This document shows positions 38,777-47,236 of a stretch of DNA of 64,000 nt, piece by piece. The notes below the pieces were generated by a model that saw only the letters and a list, made by a program, of their open reading frames with translations, had not been told where the DNA came from and searched no databases. A program made the position numbers and the translations under genes. Positions within the stretch are counted from its first letter, which is position 1, and each line of letters begins with the position of its first letter. The stretch covers positions 6,161-70,160 of the forward strand of contig JAIOSV010000109.1 of assembly GCA_021107435.1 (NCBI GenBank), written 5' to 3'. The DNA comes from Candidatus Sabulitectum sp. Its GTDB lineage: Bacteria; Fermentibacterota; Fermentibacteria; Fermentibacterales; JCC-6.

Positions 38777-39333
38777 AAGCAAAATTCCCTGTAATTCTCA
38801 TTATTGTTTATGCGGCTTTTATCCTTTTTTCGTTCATGTCAGGGTATCAGCCGGGGAAAGATATCGGCTCGAATTTCTTGTCTTTCACTCTTTCCATGCT
38901 GAAAATTCTACCAGGAGCATTTATTCTTATAGGCTTGTTTCAGGTATGGGTAAGCCGGGAGAGGGTGGAGAAACATCTTGGTGAAGATTCCTCAATTATG
39001 AGTTTTCTCTGGGTACTGCTGCTGGCAGGAACCACGGTGGGCGGGCTTTATGTGGCGTTTCCTGTAGCCTGGGCTCTTTATGAAAAAGGAGCGAGATTGC
39101 AGGTAGTACTGGCTTATCTGGGATTCGCTGCGATTTGCAGGATACCTATGATAATCCTTGAGGCATCTTTTATGGGGATAAAGTTTACCATGGTACGGAT
39201 GTTTGTATCCATTCCACTTGTTATGATTTCATCGGCACTTCTGGGCAGGTATTTAGCGGCTCGAAACTGGGAAATGACATCTCCGGAGTCAAGTGCAGGA
39301 AAGGAAGAAGGGTCGGACAGATGGGTACACTGA
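38773..39333 (+). CDS. Permease-family membrane protein, second half-size subunit
   Basis: 186 aa with 5-6 TM helices. The pair looks like a split two-component permease. Confidence 0.45.
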   Translation: MKAKFPVILIIVYAAFILFSFMSGYQPGKDIGSNFLSFTLSMLKILPGAFILIGLFQVWVSRERVEKHLGEDSSIMSFLWVLLLAGTTVGGLYVAFPVAWALYEKGARLQVVLAYLGFAAICRIPMIILEASFMGIKFTMVRMFVSIPLVMISSALLGRYLAARNWEMTSPESSAGKEEGSDRWVH

Positions 39334-39746
39334 AACAGAAAATAGCAGATTTCTTCAGACCGACTGATCTTCCGGCCAAAACCCGCATTTTCATGGAAGG
39401 CGAGGGGCTTCTTTTTGCTGCGGAAAGGGTTCGTATTACCATTGTGTATCACCGTCTGAGAGCACCAGGCAGGAGTTTCCACAACAAACGGGAGACAGTA
39501 TGGGGTTCTCTGGCTATATCAAATAAGCGCCTTGTCGGTTATGCTTTCAAGAAGAAAATCATCCATCTTCCCTTTGATCACAGGAAAACCGGAAGCGTCA
39601 AATTTTCTTGTGTGAACGGCAAAGTTCTGGTTGCGGCATTTGATCCGGTGGTGTTCAACCCGAAACAGAGCGGAAGCATGGAGATCAGATATCACTTTAA
39701 TGGCGCAGAGGAGGCTTATGGAATAATCAGGGATCTGATCCCTTAG
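39321..39746 (+). CDS. Hypothetical protein
   Basis: 141 aa ORF that overlaps the previous gene by 13 nt. No recognisable motif. Confidence 0.35.
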   Translation: MGTLKQKIADFFRPTDLPAKTRIFMEGEGLLFAAERVRITIVYHRLRAPGRSFHNKRETVWGSLAISNKRLVGYAFKKKIIHLPFDHRKTGSVKFSCVNGKVLVAAFDPVVFNPKQSGSMEIRYHFNGAEEAYGIIRDLIP

Positions 39747-40264
39747 ATCACCGGGTTCAGGCAGATATTTCTTCTGCCGCAGGCTTCACAGAATGAGCCC
39801 ATCCAGATGCTGTCAAAGTATTCCTCAAGCTGCTGGATTTCTTTATGGTTATTTGTGATTATTCCGCACTCGAAATTTCTTTTTTTATCTGACTTTGCAC
39901 CTATTCCCGCGCCTGTAAGGTTCGCGCTGCCGGTGTAAGCCATACGGTTGTCTACTATGATTATTTTGGAGTGGACCCGGGGGCAGAGCTGCATTTCAAA
40001 TCCATCACCCTGGTGAAGTTCAGTGAGTTCCGAGAGGGTGTTGAGAAACGGAGCAGATGGTTTTGCTCCGTGAAGAATGCGGATGTTGACACCTCTTCTC
40101 TGAAGCTTCTCGAAGTGATTAAGCAGGGGAAGACTTCGACGCCTTCCCCCGGGAACATGCAAATCTTTTACATTGGCTGTTGCTATCCAGATTCTGCTTT
40201 TCGCCTTGAGTATGCCATCTTCAATAATACTGCTGTAGTGCTTTCTGTCTGTAATCAACTTCAT
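39743..40264 (-). CDS. Phospholipase D-like (single HKD) nuclease-family protein
   Basis: HSKIIIVDNRMAYTGSANLTGAGIG is a canonical HxK(x)4D(x)6GSxN motif. At 173 aa it resembles Nuc-type endonucleases. Confidence 0.75.
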   Translation of the reverse strand: MKLITDRKHYSSIIEDGILKAKSRIWIATANVKDLHVPGGRRRSLPLLNHFEKLQRRGVNIRILHGAKPSAPFLNTLSELTELHQGDGFEMQLCPRVHSKIIIVDNRMAYTGSANLTGAGIGAKSDKKRNFECGIITNNHKEIQQLEEYFDSIWMGSFCEACGRRNICLNPVI

Positions 40265-42147
40265 TTCACTGCTTTTTTTGCTTCCTTGTACAGAGATTTT
40301 CTCTGTCGGGCTATGGTTGAGGAAACCTCATATTTGGACAGACCCGCGCTGGCTGCGTAGTTTTGCAGGAGAGTTTTCTCGGAGTCGTCGATCCTGCCGT
40401 CAGCAAGAGACATTCTCACCATTGCCTTGAGAACTTCCATAGCCTCGGCAGTGTTGGCGGGTCGGGGGAGTTGTGCATCCGGTTGTGTTACGGAGTTAAT
40501 TATTGTTGACAGGTGTTCAGAGGAAATACCTCTGTGGCTGGCGAAGGAGCTGAGCATATCCATTTCCTTGTCATCCAGCACTCCATCGGCATACATGGTG
40601 CCTGCCATAGCCATGAGAAGAATGTCAGGAGAAACAGTTGAAGTACCCGCTACTGGAGAGACCCCCGCCGCGTTGATTCTTGCGGTGCTGAACGGCCCTA
40701 TTGATTCCAGTACCCATGCTCCGCTGCCGTCGTTCAGAGGTCTGCCGCAGTATTCGCAGGATCCGCTGTCGCCTCCGATGCAGGGAGCTCCGCATCCCGG
40801 GCAGTGAGCGCTGTTAAGCTGGGTGGCCGCGAGAGTAGTTACACCATGTTTCCTGAGCAGCGTGAAAATTTGAGGTCTTATTGTTTTGGATCCACCGCTC
40901 TTCGCTTTACCGGTATGGTCAATCCACTGGTTTGCCGCTGACCACTTGACCAGCACAAGAACTCTGTCGAAATCTGTTCCCTGAACAATGCTCTGCACCT
41001 CGACAGCTCCTACTGCCGCGTCGGCAAAGAAAAGATGAGAATTTCCGTCACGGGTGTTTTCCAGGCTGTTTGCGAGGGAATCCGAATAGCCTTCAGTGGC
41101 CATTTTTCTAACAGGATCGGCACTGCCGTCAAAGTAACTCTTGATGTACCTCCAGAAGATAACCGAAGCGGTATCCTCAATGGTCTGAAGGTTGAAGGCA
41201 GGATCTGTTTCCAGCATTTGTGTGTATCCGGGAACTGCTGAGGGGCTGGTTGCGGTACTCCACTCGATGGATTGAGTAATTTCACTGAGTACCCAGTCGT
41301 ATTCACCGCTGGTCACCACCGCGTCGCAGTATTTGCATTTGCCGGAATCAGAAAGTTCAAGCGGGGCGCCGCAGTTGGGGCAGACTCCTTCAACAAGCCC
41401 CTTGCCTGCGAGAGTCTGTACGCCGGGTTTTCTGAGGAAGCTCCAGTATTCCACAAAAGTACCGGAGAAATTGTCCCTGATTTTCTTTCCGGTTGTAAGA
41501 TTAACATCAGTATCTCTGGCCTTTGCGGTAATCTTCAAGTGTATGGAATCGAAGTGCGAATCGCTTTCGATTGAGATAATTTCCGTGGCAAGAACCTGAA
41601 CATCTTCCATTTTGTTTCTGATGTCCTGTTTTTTCTGCATGTCGATCTGAAGAGAGAATCTTTCATTCACTCCGTCGCTGATGAACCTTCTCACGTTTGA
41701 AAGATCCTGGTCGGACCATGCCTGCTGTATTTCAAAGAAAGCATCTTTTGTTTTTTTGATAAAAGCTGCTGCTGTGAACTGCGGATCTCTCAGTTTGAGA
41801 TCAGCAAGAGCCTTCTGTGTCGCTACTGCATCCTGTGTCTGGTTCAGGCTTCGATTGCCTGCTCTCTGGATGGTGCTGTACTGCTTTTTCAGATTCTTCT
41901 TTTTCATGAAAATGGCGACAGTGATAATTACTATTACCAGTGGAATTCCGATGCAGGGCTGTTCAATACAAAGCCTTAGAAGAAGATAGATCAGGATTCC
42001 CAGTCCATCTCCACCACCGGATGATCTTGAGCTGCTTCCTCCGAAACTCTGTCCGCCTCCCGCTCTTGCAAGGGCTATTCCAGCAGTGGATACCAGTAGA
42101 ATCAGCAGAAAGATTACAAAGGGAGAGAGTTTTTTCCTGATGTCCAT
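40261..42147 (-). CDS. Membrane protein with two zinc-ribbon + Tim44-like modules and a C-terminal TerB-like domain
   Basis: 628 aa. An N-terminal TM helix, a Gly/Ser-rich linker and a second TM helix are followed by two Tim44-like domains with CPNCGAPLELSDSGKCKYCDAV and CPGCGAPCIGGDSGSCEYCGRPL ribbons. The C-terminal ADGVLDDKEMDML...ADGRIDDSEKTLL repeats are TerB-like. Its stop overlaps the PLD gene start by 4 nt. Confidence 0.55.
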   Translation of the reverse strand: MDIRKKLSPFVIFLLILLVSTAGIALARAGGGQSFGGSSSRSSGGGDGLGILIYLLLRLCIEQPCIGIPLVIVIITVAIFMKKKNLKKQYSTIQRAGNRSLNQTQDAVATQKALADLKLRDPQFTAAAFIKKTKDAFFEIQQAWSDQDLSNVRRFISDGVNERFSLQIDMQKKQDIRNKMEDVQVLATEIISIESDSHFDSIHLKITAKARDTDVNLTTGKKIRDNFSGTFVEYWSFLRKPGVQTLAGKGLVEGVCPNCGAPLELSDSGKCKYCDAVVTSGEYDWVLSEITQSIEWSTATSPSAVPGYTQMLETDPAFNLQTIEDTASVIFWRYIKSYFDGSADPVRKMATEGYSDSLANSLENTRDGNSHLFFADAAVGAVEVQSIVQGTDFDRVLVLVKWSAANQWIDHTGKAKSGGSKTIRPQIFTLLRKHGVTTLAATQLNSAHCPGCGAPCIGGDSGSCEYCGRPLNDGSGAWVLESIGPFSTARINAAGVSPVAGTSTVSPDILLMAMAGTMYADGVLDDKEMDMLSSFASHRGISSEHLSTIINSVTQPDAQLPRPANTAEAMEVLKAMVRMSLADGRIDDSEKTLLQNYAASAGLSKYEVSSTIARQRKSLYKEAKKAVK

Positions 42148-42218
42148 GTTGAACCTCCATGTGGTGCGTATATTCTTTTGTTGTATTTATGAGTGTAGTC
42201 TATCTATTGAGGGAAGCC

Positions 42219-43259
42219 ATGTCCATATTAGAGATTCGGGATCAGGTCGCGAACATGTGCGGTGTAATCACCGTTGTTGTAAATGACGGTACAAGACCGT
42301 CTCCCGCCGGGTACCTGTCTGCTCTGCAGCCGGTACTTGCAGGCAGAGCAAGATTTCTCTTTGCCACAGGGACGCACAGGCAGGCAACTTCTGAAGAAAG
42401 GCTTGCGATTCTGGGCAGAGATTTTGCCGGGGATGTTGTTGCTGAGAGCAACATTTGCGACGATGGAACTCATGTTCACATAGGCACTACATTACGAGGA
42501 ACAGAAGTTGAGATTCACCCATGGCTGCTGGAAGGACCGGTTCTTGCAGTGAATACAGTTGAACCGCACTACTTTGCAGGATTTACCGGCGGGAGGAAGT
42601 CCTTTCTGCCTGGATCATCTTCCAGAAAAACCATTGTACAGAACCATTTCCTGGCCTGTCTTCCGGGAGCACTGCAGGGCAAGTTGTCAGGAAATCCTGT
42701 ACATGAGGACATGATGGAGGGTGCTGCGCTTCTTGCTGAACGAACTGAAATAGTCATGGTAAATGGAGTTTTTGGGAGTGATGCTGTTTTCTGCGGCGCC
42801 TATGATGCTTCCTTCTTCAAGGCAGCTGATGTCGCGGCGTCAAAATGTGGCATTTCAGTGGGGACAAAATACCGCTCTCTGGAACTAAGACCCGGCAGAA
42901 GTCTGGAGATAAGCCTTTACCAGGCGATGAAAGCAGTATTTTTATGGGAGAGGGCTGTGGAAGATGGGGGAGAACTGATTCTTTCTGCTGACTGCCCCGA
43001 GGGACTGGGAGCCATTCAGATGGAGCGTCTTCTTCTGGCATCATCCACTGCTCTTGCAGTTCCCCGCTCTGCAGAAGAATATTTGTTTGGTGACCACGCT
43101 GTTATTCGTCTTAAGCGAATCAGAAGCAGGCTCAGCCTTTCATTCAGGATTGGAATTGATATGCGGAAGTTTGGTTTTGAGGCTCCCCCCGACAGATGTG
43201 AAACAGAAATCGAAAATGCCGGTTTTTCCTTTCCGGTAATGAAAAAAGAACATGCATAA
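42219..43259 (+). CDS. LarA-like (DUF2088) nickel-dependent racemase-family protein
   Basis: The motifs VVNDGTRPSP, FATGTHR and EPHYFAGFTGGRKS match the LarA N-terminal domain. I placed the start at ATG 42219 (MSILEIRDQ), which has a GAGGGAAG SD. Confidence 0.65.
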   Translation: MSILEIRDQVANMCGVITVVVNDGTRPSPAGYLSALQPVLAGRARFLFATGTHRQATSEERLAILGRDFAGDVVAESNICDDGTHVHIGTTLRGTEVEIHPWLLEGPVLAVNTVEPHYFAGFTGGRKSFLPGSSSRKTIVQNHFLACLPGALQGKLSGNPVHEDMMEGAALLAERTEIVMVNGVFGSDAVFCGAYDASFFKAADVAASKCGISVGTKYRSLELRPGRSLEISLYQAMKAVFLWERAVEDGGELILSADCPEGLGAIQMERLLLASSTALAVPRSAEEYLFGDHAVIRLKRIRSRLSLSFRIGIDMRKFGFEAPPDRCETEIENAGFSFPVMKKEHA

Positions 43260-44643
43260 CACATTCAGAAGAAGAATAACTTTTATTCTTTTCGCAAGTA
43301 TTACCATCTGGGTGTTTCTATGGTATACCCATGATCTGGTAAACAAGCTGAACCAATCCAGTAGAAAAGATTGTGAAACAATCGCCTGGCTCTGGGCGGG
43401 TGTTCAGTACCCTCTGAGTGTTGTTGGTGATGGATCAGGGATTATGTCATGTGCTGTGTGCGGTCATCCCAGAGAGAGATTAAATCTTTCCGTGGAGAGT
43501 GAGTCTCTTTTCTGTCCTTTCTGTAATGATACAACACTGTTTATTCATACTGCACGCCTTCTCCCGCAGGAAAGGGTTGAGGTGATTGACTTTACCCGAA
43601 GACTTTTTGGAGATCTGGTTAACAGACTGGATTTCCCCACAATTTTTGCTGACGCGGATAACTGTCCTCAGATTGTTAACGGTGAAGTTGTTGATGGACT
43701 TCCCTCTGACAGAATCATGGAGTTCAGGAAAATGATGGAACTCCTCGCTGAGGAGAATGACCCGATACCCATAGTAGCAAAGGGAGACACGATAGGGCAT
43801 CTCTTTTACGGCACATCTCCATTGAATACCGAGATGAGATTGATACCCTTTTTTGAGCTGGCTCTGCTTTTTCTCATTGCCGCTGTTGTATTCATCTTCC
43901 TTCGTGCGGAGGTTGCCCGGGACAAGGATTTGTCATGGGTAGGATTCGCGCGTGAGACCGCCCACCAGATTAGCACCCCTCTTTCTTCTCTTATGGGCTG
44001 GATTGAACTGTTAAAGGACGATCCGGAGCTTGCTGATGTTTCTGATCTTAGCGATGCCCTGCAGCACATGGAAGTCGATGTTGCCAGGCTCAACAGTATT
44101 GCTCAGAGATATGGTCAGATGGGGAGGCTGCCCAGGCTGAAGCCAATCAGTATTGAGGAAACCGTCTCGGGAGTCGTGAACTATTTCAATGCGAGGGAAG
44201 GGCTTCTCGGACATGGAGTTGTCCTAAAAGCAGATCAGAACAGAGACGAACACATTATCATCGGAAACTCAGTGCTGCTCGGCTGGGTTATTGAAAACCT
44301 GATAAAGAATGCGGTTGCTTCCTGCGCCGGCAAGCCTGATGGTGGTAAAGTAACAGTGACTTGTGAGTATCCCCACACCGGGGCAACAGAGGTTGAAGTA
44401 AAAATTTCCGACAACGGGTATGGAATCCCGTACAGGGATCAGGATAAGATATTCAAGGCCGGTTTTACCACCAGGAAGGGTGGATGGGGGCTTGGACTTT
44501 CGCTTGCCAGACGAATAGTGGAGGAATACCATAACGGTTCTATCCGCCTGCTTTCAAGTACTCCTGATCTGGGCACAGTCTTCAGCATTCTTCTTCCTCT
44601 GAAAGGGGGAGGTGACAGTGATAACTATACTGTGGGTGGATGA
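43252..44643 (+). CDS. Sensor histidine kinase (PorY-like partner of the PorX-type regulator)
   Basis: After the N-terminal TM helix, the H-box reads FARETAHQISTPLSSLMGWIELL. The HATPase_c region carries NLIKNAV...DNGYGIP...GGWGLGLSLARRIV. Confidence 0.8.
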   Translation: MHNTFRRRITFILFASITIWVFLWYTHDLVNKLNQSSRKDCETIAWLWAGVQYPLSVVGDGSGIMSCAVCGHPRERLNLSVESESLFCPFCNDTTLFIHTARLLPQERVEVIDFTRRLFGDLVNRLDFPTIFADADNCPQIVNGEVVDGLPSDRIMEFRKMMELLAEENDPIPIVAKGDTIGHLFYGTSPLNTEMRLIPFFELALLFLIAAVVFIFLRAEVARDKDLSWVGFARETAHQISTPLSSLMGWIELLKDDPELADVSDLSDALQHMEVDVARLNSIAQRYGQMGRLPRLKPISIEETVSGVVNYFNAREGLLGHGVVLKADQNRDEHIIIGNSVLLGWVIENLIKNAVASCAGKPDGGKVTVTCEYPHTGATEVEVKISDNGYGIPYRDQDKIFKAGFTTRKGGWGLGLSLARRIVEEYHNGSIRLLSSTPDLGTVFSILLPLKGGGDSDNYTVGG

Positions 44644-46171
44644 CGAAATAGATCATCTTCAGGCTCATATACGTTTCCTCAGAAAGAGAAATTACGATGT
44701 TATCCCGACCAGCAGCGGGCGGGAAGCTCTTGAGATTCTCAGGAGCATACGGGTGGATCTTGTTCTCATGGATCAGATGATGGTGGGCATGGACGGCCTT
44801 GAAACCGTCCACGAGATTCGCAAAAGCTACAAAGATCTGCCTGTTGTAATGGTTACTCAGAGTGAGGAAGAGGAATTGATGGATAAGGCTCTTGCAGGCA
44901 CCATCGCTGACTTTCTTACAAAGCCCGTCAATCCCAGTCAGATCCTTCTTGTGCTGAAGAGACTTCTGGAATCCGGTAAATTGAAGGTGAATCAGGCTGC
45001 TATAGAAGTGATTTCTGAGACAGAAAGAATTCGTCACAGCAGGAATAACAACCTTTCCGACTGGACTCACCTCTATCACTCATGGATGGAAAAGGATATC
45101 AATCTGCGGGGAGAGCTTGATCAGAAATTGCAGGGAATTCAGGGGGGAGGACTGGATCAGGTTGAAATGGGATTCTCCCGGTTTATAGAAAAAGAATACC
45201 CCAACTGGATTGCCTCACCCGAATCAGCTCCGCTTATGGCGCACAATGTCCTTGAAAGAAAAGTTATCCCTGAGCTTCTCAAGGGAACTGGCGAGGTTGT
45301 TTTCCTTGTTGTTGACTGCATGAGGCATGATCAGTGGCTGCTAATGGCAAGATCCATTGAACACTGGTATCACAGAGAGCCTGGCTTTATGGTTGCGGGG
45401 CTTCCGTCAGCTACTCCATACAGCCGTAATTCAATTTTCAGTGGACTGGTTCCCCGTGATATCTGGAGATTCTACAGAACTCACTGGATTGAAGAGTACG
45501 GCTGTCCCGGGCTTAATTCCTACGAGCAGCTGCTTCTTGGTGATGCCCTCAGCAGGTTTGGATGGCGGACAGATAAAGATGTTCTCTATGCTAAAGTGTC
45601 CACCCGTCAGGAAGGGGAAAATGTGAAGCGCGGGCTTTCTCATTTCCTCCGGAACGGTTTTTTCGCCATTGTGGTAAACTTCATTGATCACCTTACCCAT
45701 GGCAGGTCAGAGCTGGATCTCATACGGGATATAGCACCGGATGTTCCTGCGTTCAGAAGGCTTGCAGAGGGATGGTTTGAGCACTCATTCCTTTATAACA
45801 TGATAAAAACCCTCAGCGCCAGAGGGGCAACTATTGTTGTTACGAGCGACCACGGTTCTACCCAGGCGAACAGGATAACCAATGTTCGTGGTGCCAGGGG
45901 AATGTCGCACAGTGTCAGGTACAGATTCGGCCATTCTCTTGCAGCAGACCCCAAGCATTCCATCGTGGTAAATAATCCTGCTGACTGGGGTCTTCCCGAT
46001 GACAATCCCAGAAAAGCTTACCTGTTTGCAAGAGAAGATTATCTGTTGATGCAGAGTGGCTTTAACAGGGAGGATATGTACAAATTCAAAGGATCATTTC
46101 AGCACGGAGGAGTTTCCCTGGAGGAAATGCTTGTACCCTGTGAAGTATTGCGACCGAAGAAGTACAGATGA
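44618..46171 (+). CDS. Response regulator with C-terminal PglZ (alkaline-phosphatase-like) domain, PorX-like
   Basis: The receiver region is ITILWVDDEIDHLQ...LVLMDQMMVGMDG. The C-terminal PglZ region is VVFLVVDCMRHDQW...VVTSDHGS. At about 517 aa it matches PorX. I placed the start at GTG 44618, which has GGAGG 5 nt upstream. Confidence 0.75.
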   Translation: MITILWVDDEIDHLQAHIRFLRKRNYDVIPTSSGREALEILRSIRVDLVLMDQMMVGMDGLETVHEIRKSYKDLPVVMVTQSEEEELMDKALAGTIADFLTKPVNPSQILLVLKRLLESGKLKVNQAAIEVISETERIRHSRNNNLSDWTHLYHSWMEKDINLRGELDQKLQGIQGGGLDQVEMGFSRFIEKEYPNWIASPESAPLMAHNVLERKVIPELLKGTGEVVFLVVDCMRHDQWLLMARSIEHWYHREPGFMVAGLPSATPYSRNSIFSGLVPRDIWRFYRTHWIEEYGCPGLNSYEQLLLGDALSRFGWRTDKDVLYAKVSTRQEGENVKRGLSHFLRNGFFAIVVNFIDHLTHGRSELDLIRDIAPDVPAFRRLAEGWFEHSFLYNMIKTLSARGATIVVTSDHGSTQANRITNVRGARGMSHSVRYRFGHSLAADPKHSIVVNNPADWGLPDDNPRKAYLFAREDYLLMQSGFNREDMYKFKGSFQHGGVSLEEMLVPCEVLRPKKYR

Positions 46172-46608
46172 CAGTGAGAGAACTGGATATCCAGAGTCTG
46201 GAGGAACTGGCCAGGAGGCTTGCGCAATCGGTAAAGCCGGGTGACAGGTTTTTTCTTTCGGGTTCTCTGGGCGCGGGGAAATCGACATTTGCAAGGGCAT
46301 TCATCCGTTCTCTGGGGGTTAAAGGCGCTATACCCAGTCCAACCTTTATCATGGATTCTGTGTATAGTATTGCAGAGACGGGGCTGGAGGTTCATCATAT
46401 GGATCTTTACAGGCTGGAAGGCTCCAGAGAAGAAATGCTTATGCTTGGATTTGAGGAAATTCTAGAGTCTGATGCGGTTGTGCTGATTGAATGGCCCGAG
46501 CGCATGGAAGATTTTAGGGAAAGACGGGGTTGCACAGTTTTGATCTCTGATGGAGATTCATCCGACAGCAGGAGAGTACAAGTTGAGTGGAATCTGGCTG
46601 GGTATTGA
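46168..46608 (+). CDS. tsaE: tRNA threonylcarbamoyladenosine biosynthesis ATPase TsaE
   Basis: The P-loop reads LSGSLGAGKSTFARAFI. Its ATGA start overlaps the PorX-like gene stop. Confidence 0.85.
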   Translation: MTVRELDIQSLEELARRLAQSVKPGDRFFLSGSLGAGKSTFARAFIRSLGVKGAIPSPTFIMDSVYSIAETGLEVHHMDLYRLEGSREEMLMLGFEEILESDAVVLIEWPERMEDFRERRGCTVLISDGDSSDSRRVQVEWNLAGY

Positions 46609-47236
46609 TACCACCTCATCAATGGGTGGAGTAGCTCTGCTGAAAGATGGCGTTCTGCTCACAGAATCCGTTCTGCCGGTAACTGGTTTTCATTCCGAGA
46701 AAATCCTGCCCGCAGTGGAGAGGGCCCTGAAGGAATCGGGTATTTCCGGCAGGGATTTGTCTGGAATTGGAGTTTCTCTGGGACCGGGTTCATACACCGG
46801 GCTCAGAATCGGGCTTTCCACCGTGATTGGTCTTTCTGTCGGCTGGGAAGTTCCGATCAAGGGAGTTTCGACTCTTCGGATTATTGCTGCATCGCTTCCG
46901 GAAGGGCCTGTTCTCAGTTGTATCAGAGCGAGAACGGGAGAGGTGTTTGCAGGTGCTTTCAGTTCACCTGATCCTCTTTCCAGAGAGGTTATTCCGCAAT
47001 CGCTGTACTCCGCAGAAGAACTTGAGAGGCTTGTATCAAACAGAAGTTTTTCAGCTGCAGGCTCGGGGAGAAGTGAGATTTCATGCCCGGGCCTTAAATG
47101 GGTTTCTCCACTTTTAGATTATCCCCGTTCTTCACTTGTCGCGGCCTGTGCCTGCTCTCTTGCGGACAGGGATGGTTTTGACAGAGATATTGAACCGATG
47201 TACCTGCGCGAATTTAACCAGAGGATTCGTCCATAA
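46550..47236 (+). CDS. tsaB: tRNA threonylcarbamoyladenosine biosynthesis protein TsaB
   Basis: LGIDTTSSMGGVALL is the Kae1/YeaZ N-terminal motif. The true start may be TTG 46583, which has an AGGAGAG SD. Confidence 0.8.
   Translation: MEIHPTAGEYKLSGIWLGIDTTSSMGGVALLKDGVLLTESVLPVTGFHSEKILPAVERALKESGISGRDLSGIGVSLGPGSYTGLRIGLSTVIGLSVGWEVPIKGVSTLRIIAASLPEGPVLSCIRARTGEVFAGAFSSPDPLSREVIPQSLYSAEELERLVSNRSFSAAGSGRSEISCPGLKWVSPLLDYPRSSLVAACACSLADRDGFDRDIEPMYLREFNQRIRP

Noticed and set aside
44618-46171. PglZ domain as a BREX phage-defense component
   Set aside because: Here PglZ is fused to a receiver domain and adjacent to a histidine kinase (PorX/PorY architecture). No BREX partners (PglX methyltransferase, BrxC ATPase, BrxL) are nearby.
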